A stretch of 64,000 nt of DNA from Octopus sinensis (Eukaryota). Both the position numbers and the translations under genes were made by a program. Below, piece by piece: positions 27,452 through 39,485 of this stretch. The stretch covers positions 43,090,001 to 43,154,000 of the forward strand of contig NC_043007.1 of NCBI RefSeq assembly GCF_006345805.1, in the 5' to 3' direction. The notes below the pieces were generated by a model. It was given only the letters and a program-made list of their open reading frames with translations, was not told the origin of the DNA and did not search any database. The first letter of the stretch is position 1, and the number at the start of each line of letters is the position of its first letter.

Positions 27452-27954
27452 TCATCATCATCATTTTGTTTGTTCTCCATGCTGGCATGGGTTGGACAGT
27501 TTGACCAGGGCTGACAAGCTGGAAGGCTGTACCAGACTCCAGTCTGATTTGGCACGGTTTCTACAACTGGATGCCCTTTCTAACCCCAACAACTCCAAGA
27601 GTGTAATGGATGCTTTTACGTGCCACCAGCATGGGTGCTATTTGCATAACACCAGTATTTTCCATGACTACGATTTTACTTGGCTTGATGGGTCTTCTTC
27701 ATCAAGCTGTTCTTCCTCTGATCAAACTATAGTACAGAACATGCATGGACAACCTTTTATGAGAAGTGGGTCACATAAGACATAGCTTATCATCAGGTGG
27801 GCTGAACAATTAAAAAAATTTGAAGTAACTTTTCATTTGGCACACCAATCTGAAAAACCTGCAGGCTGCAAGTTGCCCACAGCTGGTATAGAAAATAAAT
27901 AAACATGGTACCTGAATAGAAGAATGAAGACTGAAAACAAAACAAAATACTCAC

Positions 27955-28189
27955 TTCAGCTGAACCTTGAAATGATTCCGTTGCTTTATTGATGGGAAAG
28001 TCAGATAAGATCCTTTGAAGAAGCGGCGAGTAGTCAATTCACAGAATTTGTTATGATAATCCATACCAGAGCATCCTTTACAATAGAAGCCACCGACTTC
28101 AAGAGGTTCACATACAGAAGGGGGTTTACATATATCCTTTGGACAATTCTTTCCAAAATTTTGAAACAGATCCATTTCACAATTTTTGC
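27955..28189 (-). CDS. CELSR: Flamingo/CELSR exon: third EGF-like repeat and start of laminin-G domain 1
   Basis: GKNCEMD...CPKDICKPPSVCEPLEVGGFYCKGC...FCELTTRRFFKGSYLTFPSIKQRNHFKVQL, comparable to CELSR CEVTTRSF...F.GLRQRFHF. Acceptor tattccag, donor AA|gtgagt; 235 bp, phase 1 to 2. Confidence 0.93.
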
Positions 28190-28486
28190 CTGGAATAATA
28201 ATTATAACAAAACATAAGACCAGAGTGTAAGAATATACACATTGCAATGTAAATTATTCCTATAATAAAAATATTTATAGATGAGAGTGTGTGTGTGTGC
28301 TCGCACATGTGCACACACACACAAGCATAAATGCTTGTGTCTATTACAGGCATGTATATTTGTATGTCTATATGTATATGCATGTATGTATGTGTCGATG
28401 GAGGATGGATAGATAGAAAGATGTAAATAAAGACATAATGCATGGTCAATGAACAACAAAATGTGTATATAATGTGTACATATATA

Positions 28487-28806
28487 TCATCATCATCATC
28501 ATCATCATCATTTAGCCTCCGCTTTCCATGCTAGCATGGGTTGGATGGTTCAACTGGGATCTGGGAAGCCAGAAGGCTGCACCAGGCCCAGTCTGATCTG
28601 GCAATGTTTCTATGGCTGGATGCCCTTCCTAACACCAACCACTCCGTGAGTGTAGTGAGTGCTTTTTATGTGCCACCGGCACAGGTGCCAGACGAGGCTG
28701 GCAAATGGCCATGATTGGATGGTGCTTTTTACATGCCACCGGCACGGGGGCCAGGCGAGGCTGGCAACGGCCACGAGTAGATGGTGCTTTTTACGTGCCA
28801 CCAGCA
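28487..28806 (-). mobile_element. RTE-type 3' UTR copy
   Basis: Reverse complement of the same UTR with a (CAT)n tail. Other copies: ~27448-27700 (-), ~33495-33690 (+), ~49542-49860 (-), ~59980-60176 (+). Confidence 0.75.
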
Positions 28807-28837
28807 CATATATATATAAATTCTGTGTGTGTGTGTA

Positions 28838-29345
28838 TGAGGACAGCTATGTGAAGAAGTGTCATACTCTAATGGTGGAGAGAACCTGTGGAAGAGGTAG
28901 ACGTAGGAGGCCTCATGGAAGCAATGACAAGCAACTGAGACCTTTAGTGATATGCCGTGCTTGTGAAGACCTGTTGAGCCAAGTGAAATCATAGTCATGG
29001 TCGATGCCAAAGCCATCTGACTAGAACCCATGCCAGTGGCACATAAAAAGCAGCATTCAAGTAGTGACTTCATGGAGACAATGACAGGTGACCAAGACCT
29101 TTGGTGATATACCATACTTGTGAGACTGTAGTCGTGGTTGGTGTTGGTGCCCTGCCGATGGCATGTAAAAAATACCCACTACATGCTCAGAGGGGTTGGT
29201 GTTAGGAAGGGCATCCAGCCATAGAAACCTTGCCAAACCACATTGGAACCTGGTACAGCTCCCCAGTTTACCAGTTTTCAGTCAAACCATCTAACCTATG
29301 CCAGCATGGAAACCAGATGTTAAATGATGATGATGATGATGATGA
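28838..29345 (+). mobile_element. RTE-type LINE 3' end (C-terminal coding remnant, 3' UTR, (GAT)n tail)
   Basis: EDSYVKKCHTLMVERTCGRGR resembles the RTE C-terminal GRGRP region. It is followed by the ggcacgtaaaaagcac / ttaggaagggcatccagc / ccatgccagcatggaa UTR and a (GAT)n tail. Confidence 0.75.
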
Positions 29346-29694
29346 TATATATATATACATGTATATATATATATATATATAGAAAATAGTAAAAAGTGAA
29401 AAAACTACAGAAGGCTTAAATGTTAAAAAATATATATTTGCATCAATATGTCTGAAGAATATTAAAAAAATTTTTTAAGAATATTAAAAAAATTTTTTTC
29501 TCTTATAATGACATAATTTAGAAGAAAGACCGGTTTCGCGTTTAGCTTTTCAAATTTCTTGCGACGTTATGTTTATGTTGAACAGGGTTATCATTATGTT
29601 TATGTTCAAAAGAGTTCTAAATAAGGGGAGGTAATGAGTGATTTCTTCCGGTGTAAGGGATTCAACCACGTGCTTTCACAAACCAACTTTCTTA

Positions 29695-29734
<40 letters not shown>

Positions 29735-30489
29735 TATAATTTTAATAGTTGTTTTAGGGCTTATTGTTTTTCCTTATTGCTAACCATTATGCATCAGATA
29801 AATCTAATTGTTTTTAAAATCATCATGCATTCTTTCAGATCAGCCCCACTGCACACCACTCTTCTACTATATTCCTAGCTTAAACAAGGTCTTTGTCTTG
29901 TGAGGGAATTTGGTAGACTCATACGCATGCATGTATGCATGCATGTATGCATGTATGCATGCATGTATTCATCATTGTTGGATGTTTCATGGGTTGGATG
30001 TTTCAACGGTATCTGACAAGTCATGCTCCAGTTGGTTTCTGTGGTTGGATGCCCTTCTTAAATGCTAACCCCATTACAGAATTAACTCAGTGCTTTTTTT
30101 CTTGGTACCAGTTCTAGTGACAATAGCCTCAACTTGCAAGGCTAAGGACATAAAGTGACTCCTATAACTGAAGAAGAATAGAAAAGAAAGTGAGTGATAG
30201 TTCTGAGAGAGAAAGAGGCAGGGTAAATAAGACGAGAAGAAAGATGTGTGTGGATGTCTGTGAATGGTTAGAAAACTATGTTGAGCTATGGATTGTGATA
30301 TCACCATTTGCAGCACAACTACAACTTGTAATGTTACAACTTCTGGTTGGGTTCTAAGTGGTGATGTTTGCTCTGTACTTTTGAATTTCTATGGAAAAGA
30401 AATACCCTCACTTAAAAAGCAGGGAAGGGTTGTTGGCAGGAAGTGTACAGACCATACTTATTAGAGATATAGTCATAAAAGGATTATGT

Positions 30490-30896
30490 CTTACTCTTTT
30501 ACTTGTTTCAGTCATTTGACTGTGGCCATGCTGGAGCACCACCTTTAGTTGAGCAAATTGACCTCAGGACTTATTCTTTGTAAGCCTAGTACTTATCCTA
30601 TTGGTGTCTTTTGCCGAACTGCCAAGTTACGGGGATGTAAACACCCCACCATCAGTTGTCAAGCGATGTTGGGGGGACAAACACAGACACACAAACATAT
30701 ATACACACACACTCACATATATATACATATATACGATGGGCTTCTTTCAGTTTCCATCTACCAAATCCACTCACAAGGCTTTGGTCGGCCCAAGGCTATA
30801 GTAGAAGACACTTGCCCAAGGTGCCACGCAGTGGGACTGAACCCGGAACCATGTGATTTGTAAGCAAGCTACTTACCATACAGTCACTCTTACACC
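30490..30896 (-). mobile_element. Full-length tRNA-derived SINE (~410 bp, internal (TG)n)
   Basis: Head with A/B boxes (tggtaag...gggttcagtccc), a CORE-like ccttgggcaagtg, and an end ...gactgaaacaagtaaaagagta. Related copies at 1574-1730 (+), 33693-34287 (-), 52885-53355 (-), 54781-55185 (+) and 63670-64000 (-). Confidence 0.85.
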
Positions 30897-30910
30897 TATA
30901 AAAATAAATG

Positions 30911-30983
30911 CGAGCTCACCAGGATTCGAACCTGGAATCTTCTGATCCGTAGTCAGACGCGTTATCCATTGCACCATGAAGCA
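30911..30983 (-). tRNA. tRNA-Arg(ACG) gene or pseudogene with an imperfect acceptor stem
   Basis: Reverse complement TGCTTCATGGTGCAATGGATAACGCGTCTGACTACGGATCAGAAGATTCCAGGTTCGAATCCTGGTGAGCTCG is nearly identical to metazoan tRNA-Arg-ACG in the D, anticodon and T arms. A T5 run (30900-30904) follows. The acceptor stem has two mismatches. Confidence 0.85.
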
Positions 30984-31336
30984 ACAAATTAAAATAAGTT
31001 TGCTTTGGGTTTTGCTCACAGTTGCTAGTTTAGATTGTCACAATTCTAGTAGCTAACCTGACATGACATCTCACCATCACCACTACCATCAACACCACTA
31101 GTTTCTTGATCCACCTGTCTTTTAAAGGAAATGTCTGGCTGGTTTTACTTCTCAATCAAATACGACTTCAGCCTATTGTTTACATTTGATTCCAATGGTA
31201 CAGACATGGCTGAGAATGTCAACTTTTATGGTAATCTATGATATACACTTTCAGTTAAGGAAATAAGTGTAAGAGTAAGGTATAGGGTTGTATGCCAGAG
31301 CAGGAGAGTAAGAGTTTTGTGTGTGTATAACACCCA

Positions 31337-31399
<63 letters not shown>

Positions 31400-32278
31400 T
31401 ACATATATATATATGCATATATAAATACAAAATACAAATACTATTCTTCTCATACACACATACATATTTTATATTTACATTGGGTCCTAAGGTAAAATTT
31501 CTATTGACTCACACCGAGATGTACATGAAATTTATTGATATAACATATTTTTGTTTTCAATAGTTCATCGTCGTCTTCATCGTTGACATCGTCGTCTTCA
31601 TCGTCGACGTCGTCGTCATCATCATCATCATCATTCCTCTTCATTAAGCTACAACTTCATCTATTCCATAAGCAACTACAGTTTCATTCCAGTCAGACCA
31701 CAGTACCATATATCAGTATACACTTAAACTATTCTTTCAGCTTTAAATCACAGTTAATGTTGCTTTTTACTTTCTATGATAATTTAAATCATTGTGCTAA
31801 ATCCCTCTTTACCCACACAAACACATACATACACACACACATTCTTTCTCTCCACATACAGACATATACACACCTATATAAATTAAGTGCATATTGCACA
31901 ACCATTAAAATGAGAAATTATCATCCAGTGATTAAAATCTTTAAAGTAAAACACATGAATTAGAGAAAAATGATGGTGTTTTGGCAAAAATAAGTTCAAC
32001 AACACTCACAAATTGGAAGTTTTATTGTTTTTTTTTTTTCTGTGAGAATAGAATTCCATTAGAATTCTCAATCTATTGCGCAAGAACATATTGCATTAAC
32101 ATGATAAATCTATTATCTTCAACTATCAGTTAAAATTGTAAATGATTTTCTTCTATTTTTATATCATATAACACAATTGTGAAGTTAACAGCATTTGACA
32201 AACTTACTCCCCACCATTTTTACACTCCCCCATGGGGTGAACTCAGCAATAAAAATCCTTAGTTATATAGAGGGTGGC

Positions 32279-32314
<36 letters not shown>

Positions 32315-32389
32315 GAGAGTGAGAGAGCTGAGAGAGGGAGGGAATGAGATAGAGATAGATATACATATATATAAACATATACACACATA

Positions 32390-33270
32390 CAGTATATCCC
32401 CCCTGCTTATTTGCAGTTTGGCATTCGTGGTCCCAGTTATTCGCAGAACGAATATTTGTTTGTGGAAACCACCACATATTCGCGGAATCGTAAATATTGT
32501 CTGCAATTTTTTATGACTTCTTTCATGGCATATCTCTCTCTCTTTCTCTCTCACTCTAATTATTATTATTATTATTATTATAGTATAGATTACTGTATCT
32601 CACTAGATACAAACTAAACTTTTAAAACTATGATTATTTTTAATGTCTGCTCAATCTCCCATTGGTGGTATGTGCAACGAAGATTCTTTTGGGGAAGAAC
32701 TGCATCCAGTAGCTATCTCAAGTATTTTGCTGAGTGTTGAGTTTTTTGCTACATGTTATTAAAGCCCTAAGATGCCACCCAAACACCCTACACTTTCTAA
32801 GGCTTCTGGCAGTGGACCTAAGCACCAGAAAAAGATTATGACATTCCATAAGAATGTACAACTGCTGGATATGCTCCATGATGGTCAAAGTTATGCTGCA
32901 GTAGGTCATTGTTATGATGTCGACGAAAGCACTATATGCTACATAAAGAAGAACAAGGTAGCGATCAGGTCTACTGCAGCAGTAAGCTTTTGTGAAAGTG
33001 CCAAAAAGATAGACAGTGAGAAATAACTACTTCATCAGGATGGAATCTACCTTGGCATTGTGGATCAGCAACTGCAAGAAAGTGCAGAAATTATACCAGC
33101 AGTTTGATAGGCAAGATGGAGCAGAAGGCATTGGAGAACCACAACCAAGACCATTGACAGCACTGGAGCCCAAAGATTTTCAAACCAGCAAGGGATGGTT
33201 TGACCATTTCCAGAAACAGTTTAAAATAAAGTGTGTATCCCTGCATGGAGAGACAGCATGGAGAGAAAAA
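32390..33270 (+). mobile_element. 5' fragment of a Tigger/pogo DNA transposon (CENP-B-type HTH domains), truncated before the DDE domain
   Basis: Terminal ta|cagtatatccccc. Frameshifted ORFs 32772-33026 and 33016-33276 (MPPK...LLDML...YDVDESTICYIKKN...MESTLALWI...FQTSKGWFDHFQKQF...SLHGETA) are Tigger1/TIGD1-like. Confidence 0.88.
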
Positions 33271-36200
33271 TGTTAGGAAATTTTCAGCCCTAAATTTTTC
33301 ATTTGTATTAGCCCCTAACGCCTAATCCTTTACAAGACATAATTTATTTCAAACTACATGGACTACAGGTTTCTGCTTTTACAATTTTCTTTAGTAACAT
33401 AATTGAATTTTCTCCACCTCCATACATTTCCTTCTTTTGCTTTATTACTCATTTTGATCCCATACACATTTTCACAGAGTATGCCTTAGACACATGTTGG
33501 TGCCACATAAATAGCACCCATGCTGTTGCCACATTAAAAGCACCCAGTACACTCTGTAAAGTGGTTGGTGTTAGGAAGGAATCTGGCCACAGAAAGCTTG
33601 CCATAACAGACAATTGGAGCCTGGTACAGCTGACCAGCTCCTGTCAAACCATCCAACTCATGCCAGCATGGAAAATGGATGTTAAATAATAATTTTACTT
33701 GTTTCAGTCATTTGACTATGGTCATGCTGGAGCACCGCCTTTAGTCGAGCAAATCGACCCCAGCACTTATTCTTTGTAAGCCTAGTACTTATTCTATCGA
33801 TCTCTTTTGCCAAACCGCTAAGTTACAGGGACGTAAATACACCAGCATCAGTTGTCAAACGATGTTGGGGGGACAAACACAGACACATAAACATATACAC
33901 ACACACATACATATACATATATACGACAGGCTTCTTTCAGTTTCCAAATTATCGCATTTTTGCCCAAGTATTTATTTATTTTTCCATCACCATTATTACT
34001 GCTGCCATCATCATCATCATCTTCTTTATCCTTATTATTTTTGCTACTATTGTGTTTGTGTCTTAATGGTGATAAGTATTAATTATTATTACATATTATA
34101 TAATAAGTATAAGTTATTATCATGACCATTATTGCAGATGCAAGCTGGCAGATTTGTTAACACAATGGACCAAATCCACTCACAAGGCTTTGGTCGGCCC
34201 GAGGCTATAGTAGAAGACACTCGCCCAAGGTGTCACGCAGTGGGACTGAACCCGGAACCATGTGGTTCATAAGCAAGCTACTTACCACACAGCCACTCCT
34301 ACACCTATCTTTAAGTTATACCTGTGATTTGTCATATTTCATTTCCATTTTGTTTCATTTCACTTCTCCTTTAACCCTCTCATAACAACCCAGTCATATG
34401 GATATGTAGGATTTCTTTTGTCATAACTCAAATATGTTTCGTAATAGCAGTAGCAGTATTCTGTTCTTCACTTGATTGTTCAGTTTACACCTTAACCTTA
34501 TATTGGGTACTTACAATTGTATTGCTCTATAGCCCATTATACTTCCCCCAATCACTCCCTCATGTCCTTTGTTTCTGCCAGTCAAGCATTATTAACTCTC
34601 CACCTTGCAACATAGGAGTTTTAATTAACGAACTTGTTAATTAGCTAATGAATAGGCTGTTTGTTTGCTTAATACTCTATCACGCTAAAATTTTATTTGA
34701 TTCTATTAGTCCACTCATTCCAATGAATTCTGTGTATTCTTTTCATTTTTTTTTTTTACATTTTACCTTATAAATTTTTTTTTTTTAATTCTCCTCCTTC
34801 CACTTCTCAGGAAATCAATGGTTCACTGATATATGTTTTGATGCATATGTCAATTTTCTGTCAATCCACTTTAACAGGCTGCAGTGGAATGCATATCAAA
34901 CAACAACCATCCACAACAATTTTATAATCTTTATCCTTATAACTACTGCATCTCTCTACAGACTGCTTTAGAATTTTATTGCCAGTTACATTTTCCCTCA
35001 CCTAGAACACTCCTAAATTCCAAATTATCGCATCTTTGCCCAAGTATTTATTTATTTATTTTTCCATCACCATTATTACTACTGCCATCATCACCATCTT
35101 CTTTATCCTTATTATTATTGCTATTATTGTGTTTGTGTCTTAATGGTGATAAGTATTAATTATTATTACATATAATATAAGTATAAGTTATCATGACCAT
35201 TATTGCGGCAGCAAGCTGGCAGATTTGTTAGCAGAATGGACAAAATGCTTAGCAGCATTTTGTCTGTCTTTATGTTCTGCATTCAATTTTTGCCAAGGTT
35301 GACTTTGCCTCTCATTCTTTCAGGATTGATAAACTAGGTACTACTCAAGTACTGAGGTTAATGTAATCAACTAGCCTCCTCCTCTAAAGTTTCAAGTCTT
35401 ATGCTGATAGTAGAAAGGATTATTATTATTACTATTATTATTAAGGCAACAAGCTGGTAGAATTGTTACTGCACTGGAAAAATGTTTATCAGCATTTTTT
35501 TCTGGCTTTACATTCTGAGTTCAAATACTGCCGAGGTTAACTTTGCCTCTCTTCCTTTCAGGGTTGATGAAATAAGTACCATTTGTACATTCCTGCCAAT
35601 GTAATCTACTGGCCTCCTCCTCATAATTTCAGGCTTTGAGCCTATAGTGAAAAGGATTATTATTATTAATATTATTTGAATCTCCCCCTTTTCTTCTGAC
35701 TTATTTGTTCTCTATTGTTATTATTATTGCTACATTTTTCTTTTATTATTTTTAATATGCTATCCTTATCATCATCGTCATCATCATTGTTGGCTGTAAT
35801 ATTTTCTATATTGGTTACTACAAACATTTGTGATTTACTACTATCCTGGGTCTTATAAATGCCCCTTGTACCACTACTATTAATTTTATTATTGTTGGCA
35901 TTTGTATTAATGTTGTTGTTATTTTTATCCCTTTTCTTCTTCTTCTTCTTTGTTGTCATCACCATCATCATTATTATTTTGGTACTCATTGTCCTGATTC
36001 TTCTCTATATACATCACACCAAATACATATTCTTCATACAATGCAAAGAGGCATGACTTAATGCTAGTCTCACAAAGTGCCATTCTAACATAATCAACCA
36101 CACATATTGTGTGATTTTTTTCACACACAATCATTTACATGCAATGTGATTAGAAACAGAATGGCACAGAAACAACTGTAATGAATATTAAAGATGTGCT

Positions 36201-36291
36201 AAATTCATTCTTTGTCTTCTTGTATTATATACATATTAATGTGTGTCTGTATGTGTGTGTCTGTATGTGTGTGTGTGTGTGTGTGTATAAA

Positions 36292-36712
36292 AATAAATTA
36301 GGGTACCAGAATATGACTTGTTACAAATATGAGTTAACACCCCAAATCTACAAATCTCTCACAATTAAGAAACACACATGAGGAATGTAATGAATATAAT
36401 AAAAATAGGCCTTACCTTGCGTAAACCACAAAGGAAGAACAGATATCTTGGTATTAATTGATTTCACCTTGGCTGATGATCCTTAAGTACTAACATACAA
36501 AAGGTGAAATCAATTAATACCAAGATATCTGTTCTTCCTTTGTGGTTTATGCAAGGTAAGGCCTATTTTTAATATTGATGAATACAGTATTCATCAATTT
36601 TTCAAATATCCATTTCATTACACCATGCATGTTCCTTAATAGTGAGAAATTTGTGGATTTGGAGTATTAACTCCTATTTCTAGCAAGTGGCATTCTGGTA
36701 CCCTAATTTATC
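36292..36712. repeat. Foldback element with a hammerhead motif at the hairpin loop
   Basis: Near-perfect inner arms ~36401-36470 and 36501-36570; diverged outer arms ~36292-36395 and ~36612-36712. Confidence 0.8.
36468..36524 (+). ncRNA. Candidate minimal type I hammerhead ribozyme
   Basis: Stem I CTTGG/CCAAG; core CTGATGA; stem II CCTT/AAGG (U.U at 10.1-11.1); GAAA; quasi-palindromic stem III ATCAATTAAT; predicted AUA cleavage after 36519. Confidence 0.55.
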
Positions 36713-36818
36713 TATTCGTATATTTTACCTATATAGGTTAAACTAGTTGGCTACTTTATTATTATTGTTATTTTTAATAATGGTAATAATGCTTTATTAC
36801 ACACACACACACACACAT

Positions 36819-37109
36819 ATATGCTTTATTCAAAGCAGCAGAAAATTCAACAAAAACTGTTACTCTGAGTTTCCCGTTGCCGTTCGTCGGACAGTTTTTG
36901 CTAGAATGGAACCGATATGTGGATTCTATCCAGACTATTGTAAACGCTACACCTTTAAAAAAATGGACTTGTTTGATTGGCCCTTTAGAAATAACGGCCA
37001 TACACCTTTAAAAAATGGACTTGTTTGATTGGCCCTTTGGAAATAACGGCCAATTTTCGAGTGATAAACATAGATGAGTTCAAAAATATATATATATATA
37101 TATGTTTAT

Positions 37110-37159
<50 letters not shown>

Positions 37160-37418
37160 TCATCTATGTTTATCACTCGAAAATTGGCCGTTATTTCCAA
37201 AGGGCCAATCAAACAAGTCCATTTTTTAAAGGTGTATGGTTGTTATTTCTAAAGGGCCAATCAAACAAGTCCATTTTTTTAAAGGTGTAGCATTTACAAT
37301 AGTCTGGATAGAATCCACATATCGGTTCCATTCTAGCAAAAACTGTCCGACGAACGGCAACAAGAAACTCAGAGTAACAGGTTTTGTTGAATTTTCTGCT
37401 GCTTTGAATAAAGCATAT
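36819..37418. repeat. 600-bp near-perfect palindrome with a (TA)n spacer and a hammerhead-like motif in each arm
   Basis: Arms ~36819-37085 and ~37152-37418. Motif ctgt-CCGACGA-a-cg-gcaa-cg-g-GAAA-ctcagag-TA-acag at 36857-36894 (-) and, with stem II mutated, at 37343-37380 (+). Confidence 0.85.
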
Positions 37419-37895
37419 TACTCTACCACTGGTATTTGAGTACTCTTTTTTCCACCTTGTTTCACATTTATGTGTTTACTCCGGTATATATATATATATA
37501 TACAAATTGAGATAGGGGTTGTAAGTGCAACCCTCCATGGGATAACATATATCCAATATACTGCTAGTAAAGCACCCAACAAAGTTAATACATAAATGTT
37601 AAGAATTGCGATGCAATTAATTCATTTACTGTATTATATGGGCAAAGGTAAAATGTTTTACCACGCATGGCCGAAACAGCTGTAAGATATAGTTTATATT
37701 TATATTTGTATTTATTTATATTCACTTATACATACTGTACTTATTGTATCATATTACTCTTTCATGTACATTGTTTTGTTCTATATCATTATGTTTGACC
37801 TTAATGTTCATATGTAGTGGTTTAATAAATTATGTGGTTGGGTATTATCTGGTAGTTGATCATTGATTAAGATGTGTTTCTCCATTTTCTTATTT

Positions 37896-37928
<33 letters not shown>

Positions 37929-39485
37929 CAGGCAAGAAAATAAATTTTGAACACAGTATAGCAGTAGAAACAGCAGAAAGATTGGGTATTTTATCCTTAT
38001 TAAGATGGGAAAAGTTGTCAGCAGATGGCTACAGGACTCAAATTCATACCCCTCAGATACTGGCTGGGTACTCTACCATTAAGCTAAACAGCCCACTGAC
38101 AACAATCACAATCAAATTAAATGCTAAATAATAATATCTTTTGGAATACGACAACATTTTGTAAACTAACTTTAGAAGCATTGAATATGTTTTGTATTTA
38201 ACAGATAAGAAAGTAAATTTCGAATGCAGTATAGCCATGAAAACAACATAAGACGGAAAAAGTTATATATAAGTAGATACCTGTTTAAAAAAAAAACTGG
38301 GTTTATATGTCAAAAAGTGTGGGTTAATACTTGGAACATACAAACATTCACATTTATATATTAAAATTTTAAAACAGATATAGTTCATTTATTTACTTCT
38401 GAGAAAGGAATTTCTATTCAGTTACAGAAGAAAGCCTAAGCATGGAATATGTCTTTTAGATATCCTACCCGACTGTAATACTGTCGTAACCAATAAAATG
38501 AACAATTTATCCATAATCTAAATTGTTGAAATATGACAAACATTTTGATATCAAGTTGTCAATAATCATGTTGGTCCAGATGCAACTGACCCAGGAATAA
38601 TACATGCCCATACATGTTTGCTTTTTCTATTTTTGATATTTATTTCCTGTGTGTGTTAATTAAAATTCTGTGTCTGTATGATTAAAACAAGATTTATATG
38701 AATTCAGGAAATTAAAGTAACTGGTTGCAGTTTTGTGGCTTATGTCTCAACTGTTTGTACCTAGTTTAATCAGTGTCCATGACCTTTGAAGGCCCTCTGA
38801 GATTGGTGAGATTGATATGACTCATGCTCAGTTTGATCATCTATAAGTTCATATCTGCAGGAAAAAACTTAAGATATGAGCAGAATTTCAGTGGCTTGTT
38901 GCTCTAGAGAGCAAGTGTTGGCAAATAGTGGGGCATGGATGAGGTGACAAGATGAGAAGAAATGGGTACAGGTGTTATGCAGCTAGCTAATTCAGGGGAT
39001 CAGAGACTGTTGTGGTGACAATAGAATAGGTAGAAATATATGAGAGCATTTTTTGGTAAGAGATCTGCAACAGATCTACAAAAGGGATTACTTTGAAAAT
39101 AAATGGTATCTTTTTTTACTTTTGGTAGGATAGGAACAGCAATGAAATCCATGAATGTATCAAGAAAAATTTTTTATCTGTAGTAGTTGTTGGTATTATT
39201 TTGATACCAGCCCAATTTTGACAAGTAGACTTGTGTTCAAAGTCATTTTAGCCATGACTCACCCATCTTTTCCTTTCTTTCTTAGTTGATCTAGACAATA
39301 ATATCCAATGTGTCTTCTCATTTTTTTCCAATCAAGACAATTGGGTGAGATTTGAGTGAGATTTATCTACTGTTTCTAACAAATTGTTGATCACACTGGT
39401 CAATCACATAGATGTTTCTTCCTTGATACGTGCAACAACCATGAGAAAAAGTAGCAAACAAAAGAAAAGGAATGTATATACTGAC

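Noticed and set aside
32772-33276. Domesticated TIGD/CENP-B host gene
   Set aside because: Frameshifted, truncated before the catalytic domain, and preceded by a transposon-like terminus.
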